Shown: piece by piece, positions 28,255 to 36,887 of the stretch
How the letters are laid out: every line of letters begins with the position of its first letter
How positions within the stretch are numbered: the stretch's first letter is position 1
DNA from: an uncultured Acidimicrobiales bacterium
GTDB taxonomy: Bacteria > Actinomycetota > Acidimicrobiia > Acidimicrobiales > AC-14
Length of the DNA: 64,000 bases
Reading direction: 5' to 3'
Assembly: GCA_902805665.1 (NCBI GenBank)
Contig: CADCTB010000094.1
Location: 1,960-65,959, forward strand
The notes under the pieces: generated by a model
Seen by the model: the letters and a program-made list of their open reading frames with translations, nothing else
The model's database searches: none
What the model was told of the DNA's origin: nothing
Position numbers and translations under genes: made by a program

Positions 28255-28330
28255 GCGGCGCGGCGTTCCACGCCTGAGCGGCGCGGCGTTCCACGCCTGA
28301 GCGGCGCAGGGTTCCGCGCGTGAGCGCTAC
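28239..28330. repeat. 23-bp tandem repeat, 3 perfect copies plus 1 degenerate (GGCGTTCCACGCCTGAGCGGCGC)
   Basis: Copies at 28239-28261, 28262-28284 and 28285-28307, with a degenerate copy at 28308-28330. Copy 1 contains the last codons and TGA of the AlkZ-like gene. The last copy overlaps the stop of the convergent DUF899 gene. Confidence 0.9.
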
Positions 28331-29070
28331 GAGGCGAAGTCGGGCCGGCCGGACCGCGCCGATTCGCTGCGACCCTTCGGCTCCTCCCATTCCTCCTGCC
28401 GTCCGAGGGCGGTGAGGTCGAGGAAGTAGTACGAGCCGCCGGTGGACTCCAGCCCCCGGGCGTACTGGGAGTAGGTGTGGAACACGCGGCCGTCGGCTTG
28501 CAGGAAGCAGCTCCGCCCCGGCATCTCGAAGGGCTGCTCCGATGAGAAGAAGTCCGACCCCATCGCCTCCCACTCCTCCTTGGTGCGGAAGTTGTACTGG
28601 CCGGGCGTGACCGACTCGTCGATCGTGACCCCGAAGTCGTAGTTGAAGTCGGACCCGTTGGAGGAGTACCAGGGGACGTCCCAGCCCTTCTTGGCCTTCC
28701 ACCGCTCGAGCTTGGCGAGCGGCGCCCGCGACACCATGGCGTAGCTCGTGTCGCGGGTGTGCAGGTGCTCGAAGAAGCCGGGGGAGAGCTCGTCGGTGCC
28801 GGCGCTGCAGCTCGGGCAGCCGTCCTCCCAGTCCGGGTGGAACATGAAGTGGTAGACGATCAGCTGGGGGCGGCCCTCGAACAGGTCGCCGAGGCGGACG
28901 GTGCCCTCCGGCCCGTCGAAGGTGTAGTCCTTCTCGATCTCCACCATGGGGAGGCGGCGCCGCTCGGCGTTGAGCGCGTCGCGCTGACTGGTCAGCTGCT
29001 TCTCCTTGGCCAGCAGCTCCTTGCGGGCGGCCAGCCACTCGTCTCGGGTGGCGATCCTCGGGAGGCTCAT
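28327..29070 (-). CDS. DUF899 thioredoxin-like protein
   Basis: Start at ATG 29070 (MSLPRIATRDEWLAARKELLAKEK...). CPSC motif and FHTYSQYARG are typical of DUF899. Confidence 0.8.
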   Translation of the reverse strand: MSLPRIATRDEWLAARKELLAKEKQLTSQRDALNAERRRLPMVEIEKDYTFDGPEGTVRLGDLFEGRPQLIVYHFMFHPDWEDGCPSCSAGTDELSPGFFEHLHTRDTSYAMVSRAPLAKLERWKAKKGWDVPWYSSNGSDFNYDFGVTIDESVTPGQYNFRTKEEWEAMGSDFFSSEQPFEMPGRSCFLQADGRVFHTYSQYARGLESTGGSYYFLDLTALGRQEEWEEPKGRSESARSGRPDFAS

Positions 29071-29128
29071 GGTGAGTGAGACGGCAGCAGGCGCCGAAAC
29101 TGATCGGTGCGGCGCTGGCGCCCGCCCG

Positions 29129-29605
29129 TCAATCCAGCTCCGAGAGCACCTCGCCGATGATCTTCGTCGCCTGGTGGGCCGGGAGCGGCTCCCCGCCCTC
29201 GGCCTCGGCGACCTCCTCGGCGAAGGCCTCCACCGAGTGGACGCCTCCCACCAGCACGTGGCGCAGGGCTTCGCCGCTCGCTTCCGGGTCCTCGAGCGCC
29301 TCGACGGCCGGCGCCACTTCGTGGTCAGGATCCGTCGCCACTGCGTGCACCAGGGCCATCGCTTCCTGCCGCCCCGAGGCCGTCGAGACGACGGGTTCGC
29401 GATCGGGGTTCTGCTGGAGGTCCCACTCTGCCAGCGCCTCGTCGTACCCACCTTCACCGGGGTGGATCACCCGGGTCTCGGGCTCGGCGTCCGCCTGTTC
29501 GGCCTCGTCGGAGGCGTCGACCGGAGCGTCTTCGTCGGTCTCGGCCGCTCGACGGGGCGTCACGGGGACGACGAGGGTGCCGTCGTCGTTTCGGACGATG
29601 TCCAT
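29129..29605 (-). CDS. Hypothetical acidic protein (158 aa)
   Basis: Start at ATG 29605 inside a longer ORF. Asp/Glu/Ala-rich; no recognisable motif. Confidence 0.45.
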   Translation of the reverse strand: MDIVRNDDGTLVVPVTPRRAAETDEDAPVDASDEAEQADAEPETRVIHPGEGGYDEALAEWDLQQNPDREPVVSTASGRQEAMALVHAVATDPDHEVAPAVEALEDPEASGEALRHVLVGGVHSVEAFAEEVAEAEGGEPLPAHQATKIIGEVLSELD

Positions 29606-29655
29606 GGGGATCTCCTTCGGAGAGGTGCCGACATTCTCGACGCCGCAGGGCGAAT

Positions 29656-30717
29656 CTACTGCTGGAGGGCCAGCACCTGAGCCGCGGCACGCCGGCCGGA
29701 CCGGACGGCGCCCTCCATGTGCCCGGCGCCCACGTCGGCCGTCTCCGTCCCGGCCCAGATCAGGCGCCCGCCGAACAGGGGCTCGGCGAAGGCGGGATGG
29801 CCGTAGGCCACCGGATCGTCGAACCAGACCACCACGTCGTTCGTGTACGGGTCGTTCGACCAGTCCCGCTCGTAGTACCGGACGGGATCGGCGGCTTCCG
29901 GCCCGAAGAGGCGTCCGAGCTGGGCGAAGACCGCTTCGGTGCGACGTTCGACGTCGAGGTCGCGGACGTCGTGGCCGGCCGACAGGAACCCCCACAGGAC
30001 GGCTGTGGATCCGTCGTCGGTGCAGCCGTCGTGGACCTCGACCAGCGGGCCGACCCGGCTGAAGGCCAGGCCGGAGAGCCCCGCGTCCCGCCAGAAGGGC
30101 GAGTCGTACACCGCGATGCACTTGACCGCGGTGGCCATCCAAGTGGGAGTGCCCTGCATGGCATCCGCCAGCGCGTCAGGCAACGCAGGGGTGAACGTGA
30201 TGCCGGCCCAGGCCAGCCGGGGCGGCACCGCCACGACGGCGAACCGGCTGGAAAGCTTCGACTCCCGGCCATCGCGGTCCGCCACCGACACGTGTACGCC
30301 GGAGGTCTCCGCCGAGATCGCCACCACGTCGGTGCTCAGCACCACCGCCTGGGCCGGGAGCCGGCCGGCGAGACGGTGGCAGAGCGCCTGGGCGCCGCCG
30401 GCGAAGCGCAACTCGGCAGGCGAGGGTGGCGGCACGTCCACCAGCCGAGGGGCGACGTTCTGCGCTTCCTCGGCGACCGCCCGACCGTCCCGGAACTGGG
30501 GGAAGGCCTCCATGCCCAGCTCAGCGGCGAGGGACCGGATGTGCGACTGGTTCGACCAGTGCCACGTCGCCCCGAGGTCCAACCAGGAGTCGCCCTCGAC
30601 CAGCGTCTTGATCCGGCCGCCTATCGAGGGCCGGGCCTCGACCACCGTGACCGCCAGCCCGGCCGCATGCAGCGCATCGGCCGTCGTGAGCCCGGCCAGG
30701 CCGGCTCCCACGACCAC
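29656..30717 (-). CDS. Flavin-containing amine oxidase family protein
   Basis: GAGLAGL...VEARPSIGGR FAD-binding start and C-terminal AGTETA..GHMEGAVRSG. The only available start (GTG 30717) leaves just MVV before the GxGxxG motif. Confidence 0.75.
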   Translation of the reverse strand: MVVGAGLAGLTTADALHAAGLAVTVVEARPSIGGRIKTLVEGDSWLDLGATWHWSNQSHIRSLAAELGMEAFPQFRDGRAVAEEAQNVAPRLVDVPPPSPAELRFAGGAQALCHRLAGRLPAQAVVLSTDVVAISAETSGVHVSVADRDGRESKLSSRFAVVAVPPRLAWAGITFTPALPDALADAMQGTPTWMATAVKCIAVYDSPFWRDAGLSGLAFSRVGPLVEVHDGCTDDGSTAVLWGFLSAGHDVRDLDVERRTEAVFAQLGRLFGPEAADPVRYYERDWSNDPYTNDVVVWFDDPVAYGHPAFAEPLFGGRLIWAGTETADVGAGHMEGAVRSGRRAAAQVLALQQ

Positions 30718-30747
30718 GACGTCGACGGTGGCCGTGGCCCGCCGCCC

Positions 30748-31176
30748 TCAGTCCGAGATGTTCTTGTGGGAGATGATCCGGGTCGGCGTGACCATCACCA
30801 GTAGCTCCGTCTCCACCGCGTTGCGCCGCCCGAACTCCTCGGCCCGGTCTGCGCCCATGTACCGGCCTCCGATCCGGGTGGCCCACACCAGCATCTCGTC
30901 GAGGTCGGTGCTGACTTGCGCGGTCCCCTCGATGAGCACGTAGGAGAACGGGGGCTGGTCGTCGTCCACGCAGATCGCCACTCGGGGCTCGGATCGAAGG
31001 GCCCGCCCTTTGACCGTGTCGGCGCCAGTCGTGAAGACCACGCAGCCGTCGTCGTCGAGGTCGATCCAGATGGGCGCCAGATGCGGGCGGCCGTCGGGGC
31101 GCACGGTGGCCAGCATGGCCGGCCGCACCGGCTCGTCGATGAACGCCCGCGCCTCGGCCGCGGTCATCTCAGCCAC
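30748..31176 (-). CDS. PPOX-class (pyridoxamine 5'-phosphate oxidase-like) probable F420-dependent enzyme
   Basis: 142 aa. ATVRPDGRPHLAPIW...VVFTTGADTVKGRALRSEPRVAICVDD is the typical split-barrel pattern. GTG at 31176 or ATG at 31167. Confidence 0.75.
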   Translation of the reverse strand: MAEMTAAEARAFIDEPVRPAMLATVRPDGRPHLAPIWIDLDDDGCVVFTTGADTVKGRALRSEPRVAICVDDDQPPFSYVLIEGTAQVSTDLDEMLVWATRIGGRYMGADRAEEFGRRNAVETELLVMVTPTRIISHKNISD

Positions 31177-31203
31177 CGGGGGAGCATACGAGCCGTGGAG
31201 CGC

Positions 31204-31644
31204 CTAGGCCGCCTCGTGGTCGTGGTCGTGGTCGTGTTCCTCGCACACGCCGTCGTCGCTGTCGTCCTCGAACCACTCGGCCTCACAGCGGAGGTTGCAG
31301 CGCTGGGGGCCGTCGAGGCCCCGCAGGCGGCGGGCGGCGTCGCCGATGACGACCAGCAGGTTGTGGGCCAGCACCCGGCCCCACGCGTACCTGGTCGACC
31401 CGTCGGGCCTGACCCGCAACGGCGAGATCTCGTCGACGTGGGCGGAGACCCGGGCGCCGTCGATGAGGATGTGCAGGCTGTCGGTGGGCGAGATCTCCCG
31501 GTAGGAGAGCTTTCCGGGATGGAAGATGCCGCCCAGCACGCTGTCCCGCCGGAACCGGGAGCTCGCCTCGAGGGCCTTGAGCAGGTCGCAGGGGGCGAGG
31601 GAGCCGAGCCGGTCTGCGGTGGAGGTGTCCAGCGGGATGTGCAT
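31204..31644 (-). CDS. Hypothetical protein with Cys/His-Asp-rich C-terminal tail (..CNLRCEAEW..CEEHDHDHDHEAA)
   Basis: 146-aa ATG ORF. The tail is encoded by a (GTGGTC)3-type hexanucleotide run at about 31216-31236. Confidence 0.5.
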   Translation of the reverse strand: MHIPLDTSTADRLGSLAPCDLLKALEASSRFRRDSVLGGIFHPGKLSYREISPTDSLHILIDGARVSAHVDEISPLRVRPDGSTRYAWGRVLAHNLLVVIGDAARRLRGLDGPQRCNLRCEAEWFEDDSDDGVCEEHDHDHDHEAA

Positions 31645-31692
31645 TGGGTGCTCCTCGGCGATTTCTGCGCTTCTCCCTTTCTACGGAGCGGC

Positions 31693-31713
31693 GGGCCTGG
31701 TCGGACCAGGCCC
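31693..31713. promoter_or_regulatory. Perfect 21-nt palindrome GGGCCTGGTC-G-GACCAGGCCC in a divergent intergenic region
   Basis: Read directly. It lies between the starts of 31204-31644 (-) and 31760-32599 (+). It has no T-tract, so it is not an obvious terminator. Confidence 0.3.
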
Positions 31714-31759
31714 AAAAGGGGAATGATCTCCTGAGCGGCGTCGACCCCGAGGAGCACAG

Positions 31760-32599
31760 GTGCGTTTCCGTAGAGATGTAGGGCTCGATACCTCCCAGGT
31801 CTCGGACCGCCGGGGAGCCGGTCCCATGGCCGTTGGGGGCGGGGGGATCATCGGCCTCATCGTCCTGGTGTTCTCACTGCTGAACGGTGGAGGGGGCGGA
31901 GGCGTGCCCGACGCCTCGGTGGGGGACCTGAAGTCCGACCTCTCGGCCACCTGCCAGACCGGCGAGGACGCCAACCAGCGCGACGACTGCCGGATCGTCG
32001 CCGTGGTCAACAGCGTCCAGGCCTACTGGGAGAAGCGCCAGCCCAACTACCAGAGGGCGACCACGGTCTTCTTCAACGGCGGCACCAACACCGGCTGCGG
32101 ATCGGCCTCCTCGGCGATCGGCCCCTTCTACTGCCCCGCGGACCAGCGGATCTACATCGACCTGGGGTTCTACGAGGACCTGCGGAACCGCTTCGGCGCC
32201 TCAGGAGGACCCTTCGCCGAGGCCTACGTGATCGCCCACGAGTACGGGCACCACGTCGAGAACCTCCGGGGCGTGCTGGAACAGGCCCGCAGCCGGGAGA
32301 CCGGCCCGCAGAGCCCCGCCGTGCGGGTCGAGCTCCAGGCCGACTGCCTGGCCGGCATGTGGGCCCGGGGCGCGGTCGACACCGGGTTCATCGAGGAGCT
32401 GACCGACGCCGACATCGCCGACGGCCTCAACGCGGCATCGGCCATCGGTGACGACCGGATCCAGCAGCAGGCGCAGGGCCAGGTGAGCCCCGAGTCCTGG
32501 ACGCACGGGTCGTCCGCCCAGCGTCAGAAGTGGTTCCTCACCGGCTACCGGTCGACTGCGTCCTTCCCCTGCGACACCTTCGCCGTGCCCACCGTGTGA
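31760..32599 (+). CDS. YpfJ-family neutral zinc metallopeptidase (membrane-anchored)
   Basis: GTG start preceded by GGAG. N-terminal TM helix, HEYGHH zinc motif, and LQADCLAGMW. Confidence 0.85.
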   Translation: MRFRRDVGLDTSQVSDRRGAGPMAVGGGGIIGLIVLVFSLLNGGGGGGVPDASVGDLKSDLSATCQTGEDANQRDDCRIVAVVNSVQAYWEKRQPNYQRATTVFFNGGTNTGCGSASSAIGPFYCPADQRIYIDLGFYEDLRNRFGASGGPFAEAYVIAHEYGHHVENLRGVLEQARSRETGPQSPAVRVELQADCLAGMWARGAVDTGFIEELTDADIADGLNAASAIGDDRIQQQAQGQVSPESWTHGSSAQRQKWFLTGYRSTASFPCDTFAVPTV

Positions 32600-32702
32600 G
32601 TGCCGACCTAAGGTTGGGACGGACCGAACCCCGGTAACGGCCGCCCGGCGGCGCACCGACGCCCGTCCGCGCACCGCCCCGTCCGCCTCCAGAAAGCGCT
32701 CT

Positions 32703-34253
32703 ATGACCGACACTGCCCCAACGAAGCCGAACGTCGTCATCATCGGCGCCGGTCCCGCCGGACTGACCGCGGCCTACGAGCTCGTGACCCGGTACGGCAT
32801 CACCTCGACGATCCTCGAGTCCGACTCCGTGGTCGGCGGCATCAGCCGCACGGTGGAGCGCGACGGGTGGCGGTTCGACATCGGCGGGCACCGCTTCTTC
32901 ACCAAGGTGAAGGAGGTGGAGGCGTTCTGGCACGAGATCCTCGACGACGAGGACTTCATGCTCCGCCCCCGCATGAGCCGCATCTACTACGAGGGCAAGT
33001 ACTACGACTATCCCCTCAAGGCCTCCAACGCGCTGAAGAACCTGGGCATCTTCGAGTCCGTGATGTGCGTGCTGTCCTACGTGTGGGCCCGCATCCGGCC
33101 GCCGAAGGACCAGTCGACCCTCGAGGGCTGGATCGTGGCCCGGTTCGGCTGGCGCCTGTACAAGCACTTCTTCAAGACCTACAACGAGAAGCTGTGGGGC
33201 GTCCCGGTCAACAAGCTGCCGGCCGACTTCGCCGCCCAGCGGATCAAGAACCTCTCGCTGTCCAGCGCCATCGTCAACGCGCTGCTGCCGAAGCGGAACC
33301 AGAAGGAGATCACCTCCCTCATCGAGGAGTTCCAGTACCCCAAGTACGGGCCGGGGATGATGTGGGAGCGCTGCACCGAGAAGGTGGAGGCCGCAGGCTG
33401 CACGGTGCTCATGGAGACCCGGGTCGTCGGCATCCGCCACGAGGGCGGCAAGGCGGTCGCGGTGGTGGCCGAGACCAAGGACGGCACCCGTACCGAGTAC
33501 CCGTGCGACCACGTGATCTCCTCGATGCCGATCTCCCAGCTGCTGAAGGCCATCGAGCCGCCGGCCTCGAAGGAGGCGGTGCAGGCCGCCGACGACCTCC
33601 GCTACCGGGACTTCATCACTGTGGCCCTCGTGGTCCCCGAGGAGTACAGCTTCCCGGACAACTGGATCTACGTGCACGCCAAGGCGGTGCAGGTCGGCCG
33701 CATCCAGAACTTCGGGTCGTGGTCGCCGTACCTGATCAAGGAAGGGCGGACCTGCCTCGGCCTGGAGTTCTTCGTGTTCGAGGGCGACGAGACGTGGAAC
33801 AAGCCCGACGAGGAGCTCATCGAGCAGGGCAAACGCGAGCTCAAGATCCTCAACCTGGTCGACCCGTCCAAGGTCGAGGCCGGCTACGTCGTCCGCATGC
33901 CCAAGGCGTATCCGTTCTACGACGAGAACTACAAGGCCAACGTGGCCAAGATCGTCGCCTGGCTCGACGAGTGCACGCCCAACGTCCACCCGGTCGGACG
34001 GAACGGGATGCACCGGTACAACAACCAGGACCACTCCATGTACACCGCCATGCTGACCGCCGAGAACATCGCCACCGGCTCCATGCATGACGTGTGGAGC
34101 GTGAACGTCGAAGAGGAGTACCACGAGGAATCGTCGGCTGCGGACGGTGATGCTCAACGGGGCACCCGCGGCACAGGGCGGGACGCTCCAGTGATCCCCC
34201 GGGCCAACTATCCCGAGGACCACCCGGTCAACAAGCCCGCCACTCCGTCCTGA
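32703..34253 (+). CDS. NAD(P)/FAD-dependent oxidoreductase (amine oxidase / UDP-galactopyranose-mutase-like fold)
   Basis: VVIIGAGPAGLTAAYEL..LESDSVVGG dinucleotide motif; 516 aa with a well-conserved-looking body. Confidence 0.8.
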   Translation: MTDTAPTKPNVVIIGAGPAGLTAAYELVTRYGITSTILESDSVVGGISRTVERDGWRFDIGGHRFFTKVKEVEAFWHEILDDEDFMLRPRMSRIYYEGKYYDYPLKASNALKNLGIFESVMCVLSYVWARIRPPKDQSTLEGWIVARFGWRLYKHFFKTYNEKLWGVPVNKLPADFAAQRIKNLSLSSAIVNALLPKRNQKEITSLIEEFQYPKYGPGMMWERCTEKVEAAGCTVLMETRVVGIRHEGGKAVAVVAETKDGTRTEYPCDHVISSMPISQLLKAIEPPASKEAVQAADDLRYRDFITVALVVPEEYSFPDNWIYVHAKAVQVGRIQNFGSWSPYLIKEGRTCLGLEFFVFEGDETWNKPDEELIEQGKRELKILNLVDPSKVEAGYVVRMPKAYPFYDENYKANVAKIVAWLDECTPNVHPVGRNGMHRYNNQDHSMYTAMLTAENIATGSMHDVWSVNVEEEYHEESSAADGDAQRGTRGTGRDAPVIPRANYPEDHPVNKPATPS

Positions 34254-34282
34254 GCCGAGCAGCCCGCCGGTTCGATCAGGCT

Positions 34283-35053
34283 CTAGTCCGCCGACGAGGC
34301 CGGGCGGAGGGAGCGCAGACGGCGGGTGGCGATCGCCAGGCCGATGATGGCCACGAGGACCAGCCGCCCGACGGCGGCCCATCCCGACGGGACGCCCTCG
34401 CGCTGGAGGTCGCCCGCCGGTCCGGTGAGGCCGACGAGGACCGACTGAGCCAGCCAGCCCGGGGACAGCTGGGCGACGCCGGCCAGGGCGGCGCCGAGCA
34501 GTCGCTCGACCAGGATGACCAGCACCAGCGACCAGACCACCGGACGTTTGAAGCTGGCGCCGATCGCGAGGAACAGTGCGAGATAGGCGGCCGAGCCGCC
34601 GACGGCGGCGACGATCGCCGCGCCCACGCTCGACGGGGAGCCGGCTGCGATCGCAGCCGCCGCCGCAGCCGGGACCAGGATGACCGCCGCGATCAGGCAG
34701 CCGCCCAACCAGCGGCCGATGACGATCGTCGAATACCTCACCGGGCTGAGCCAGGTGAAGGCGAAGACGCCCGAGCGGATCTCGGCGCCGAGGAGAGCGT
34801 CGCCGATGACCAGGCAGGTGATGGGCACGACGAGGGTGTGCATGGCTGCGCCGCCCACCCGGACGAACGCGATGGCCGTCGCCTCGTCGGACATGCGCGA
34901 CAGCAAGCCGAACAGCACCGCTCCGGCCAGGGGCAGGAGGAGCAGAACCCCGTGGGTGGGCACGCATGCCCGCACCGTGTAGGCGACGATCGCCGCGAGG
35001 GGCGGGCGGGACGGGCGCCCGGTGGTCGAGGTCCGGCCGGCGCGCTCGCTCAT
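34283..35053 (-). CDS. ABC-2-type transporter permease
   Basis: 256 aa with about 6 hydrophobic segments. The start overlaps the upstream ATPase stop. Confidence 0.6.
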   Translation of the reverse strand: MSERAGRTSTTGRPSRPPLAAIVAYTVRACVPTHGVLLLLPLAGAVLFGLLSRMSDEATAIAFVRVGGAAMHTLVVPITCLVIGDALLGAEIRSGVFAFTWLSPVRYSTIVIGRWLGGCLIAAVILVPAAAAAAIAAGSPSSVGAAIVAAVGGSAAYLALFLAIGASFKRPVVWSLVLVILVERLLGAALAGVAQLSPGWLAQSVLVGLTGPAGDLQREGVPSGWAAVGRLVLVAIIGLAIATRRLRSLRPASSAD

Positions 35054-35985
35054 CGGACCAGCTCCCGGAACAAGCTTTCGAGGGAGTCGTCCAGCGGCCG
35101 GACCTCCCGGAGGTGGACCCCGAGCCCGCGGGCCACCGGCGCGACGGCGACGGCGAGGTCGCCGGCCCTGTCGGTGGTGACGACCAGGCCGGCGTCTGTG
35201 AGGCTCACGCCTGCCACGGTCGGCACGCCGAGGAGGGCGGCGGCCAGGCGGCGGGGATCGTCGGAGCGGATGAGCACGTGCCGCGGCCGGTCGTCCATCG
35301 CGTCCCGAATCGCCCGGTGCCCGCCGGCCGCGGCCAGCCGGCCGTGGACGAGCACGAGGACCCGGTCGGCGAGGCGCTCGACCTCGGAGAGCACGTGGGA
35401 GCTGACGATCACCGTCCGGCCCTCGGCCCCCAGGCGGCGGAACAGGTCGGTGAGCCGGACGCGCTGGACCGGGTCGGCGCCGTTGAGGGGCTCGTCCAGC
35501 ACCAGCACCGGCGGGTCGGTGACCAACGCGGCTGCCACCTTGGCCCGTTGGCGCATGCCCTTGCTGAACCCCCGGAGTCGGCGGTCGGCGGCCGGGAGCA
35601 TGTCCACCAGCTCCAGCGCCCGGTCGGCGGCCGCAGGGTCGCGGACACCGTGGAGGTCGGCCACGTAGCGCACGAGCTCCCGCGCCGTCAGCTGCGCGGG
35701 GACTGCCTCGTCCTCGGGAACGAGAGCGATGCGCCGGTGGACGTCGCGGTCGCGACGCGGGTCACGTCCCTCCACCCGGACGTGACCGGTGTTCACGTCG
35801 ATGAGGCCGGTCACCGCCCGCATGAGGGTGCTCTTGCCCGCGCCGTTGGGACCGAGGAGGCCGGTGACCCCCGGCCCGAACGAGCACGCCAGTTCTGACA
35901 GGGCCACCTTCTGCCCGAACCACACGGACGCGTCGTCGACCTCGACCGTCGCATCGGGGGCAAACGCCGGGTCAGTGGCCGTCAT
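35050..35985 (-). CDS. ABC transporter ATP-binding protein
   Basis: Start at ATG 35985 (ATGA overlap with the upstream permease). Walker A GPNGAGKST, signature FSKGMRQR, Walker B VLVLDEP. Confidence 0.85.
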   Translation of the reverse strand: MTATDPAFAPDATVEVDDASVWFGQKVALSELACSFGPGVTGLLGPNGAGKSTLMRAVTGLIDVNTGHVRVEGRDPRRDRDVHRRIALVPEDEAVPAQLTARELVRYVADLHGVRDPAAADRALELVDMLPAADRRLRGFSKGMRQRAKVAAALVTDPPVLVLDEPLNGADPVQRVRLTDLFRRLGAEGRTVIVSSHVLSEVERLADRVLVLVHGRLAAAGGHRAIRDAMDDRPRHVLIRSDDPRRLAAALLGVPTVAGVSLTDAGLVVTTDRAGDLAVAVAPVARGLGVHLREVRPLDDSLESLFRELVR

Positions 35986-36887
35986 GCCTCCACCGACCGG
36001 TAGCGGGCGAGGATGACGGCCAGGCACGCCACGACCACCGCGGTGTAGCAGGCGAGGGCCATGGCGCCACCGCCCTCGACGCCGGACAGAGGCGAGTCCT
36101 CGCCCAGGCGGCCCAGGAACACCAGGTCGCGCACCCGTAGAGGCAGGGCGAGGAGGTTGAGCAGAGCCGCGGGTTGGTCGGTGGGAGCCTCAGGTCCTGC
36201 GTCGGCCCGTACGAGGATGCCGGAGACGGTGGAGGAGACGAGGGTGATGCCGAGCAACGTCGCCCCGGCCACCATGCGCCGGCCGCTCAACGACGCGACA
36301 GCCACTCCCAGGACCGAATAGAACAGCGCAAGGAGCGCGGCGGCCACAGGCACCTGCCACAACACGGCGGTGTTGTCGGTGAGGTAGTCGAGGGCGCCGT
36401 CGCTCACCAGCATCTGCCCCACGTAGAGCACCACCTGCGGGAGGAACGAGAAGGCGAACACGCACGTGAAGATGGCGCCCACCTTGGCCAGCGCGTAGTC
36501 CGGCCCGGTGAGGGGGCGGGCGAAGATGAGGGGCAGGACCCGCTGGCGCCGGTCGGGGCAGACGATGTCCGGGGCCACCAGGGCGACGAAGAGCAGCAGG
36601 GCGCTCGACACGCCGAGGTACTCCCGGTAGGTGATGAACTCGAACCCTTCTGCGGGCGTGTCCCGGGTGAGGTAGCCGATGCCGACGTTGATCACTGCCG
36701 GGATCACCGCGATGGCGAGCAGGACGGCGGGCGCCACCTTCTGGCGCCAGGGGCGGCGCAGCCCGATGGCCCGTCGCAGCGACGTGCGGTACAGGGCGGC
36801 CGTCGCCGCCTGACGGCCGCCGCGCCGTCCCTCGTAGGGCCGGTAGCCGCGGTCGTAGACCGCCCCTGTGGAGACGGGGCTGGTCAT
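35982..36887 (-). CDS. ABC-2-type transporter permease
   Basis: 301 aa, multi-pass. The N-terminal YDRGYRPYEG stretch precedes the first TM helix. Confidence 0.6.
   Translation of the reverse strand: MTSPVSTGAVYDRGYRPYEGRRGGRQAATAALYRTSLRRAIGLRRPWRQKVAPAVLLAIAVIPAVINVGIGYLTRDTPAEGFEFITYREYLGVSSALLLFVALVAPDIVCPDRRQRVLPLIFARPLTGPDYALAKVGAIFTCVFAFSFLPQVVLYVGQMLVSDGALDYLTDNTAVLWQVPVAAALLALFYSVLGVAVASLSGRRMVAGATLLGITLVSSTVSGILVRADAGPEAPTDQPAALLNLLALPLRVRDLVFLGRLGEDSPLSGVEGGGAMALACYTAVVVACLAVILARYRSVEA

Noticed and set aside
30748-30750. The TGA between PPOX and the amine oxidase as a selenocysteine codon
   Set aside because: No SECIS-like hairpin is evident downstream. A Sec at a domain linker has no functional rationale. 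Readthrough, a split gene or a non-canonical start are more plausible.
32538-34967. 809-aa minus-strand ORF; also 59726-61693 (655 aa) and 45413-47389 (658 aa)
   Set aside because: These are antisense shadows of the FAD oxidoreductase, crtI/crtB and moaC/moaA/moeA respectively. Their products are dominated by Arg/Gly/Pro/Val/His with no motifs.
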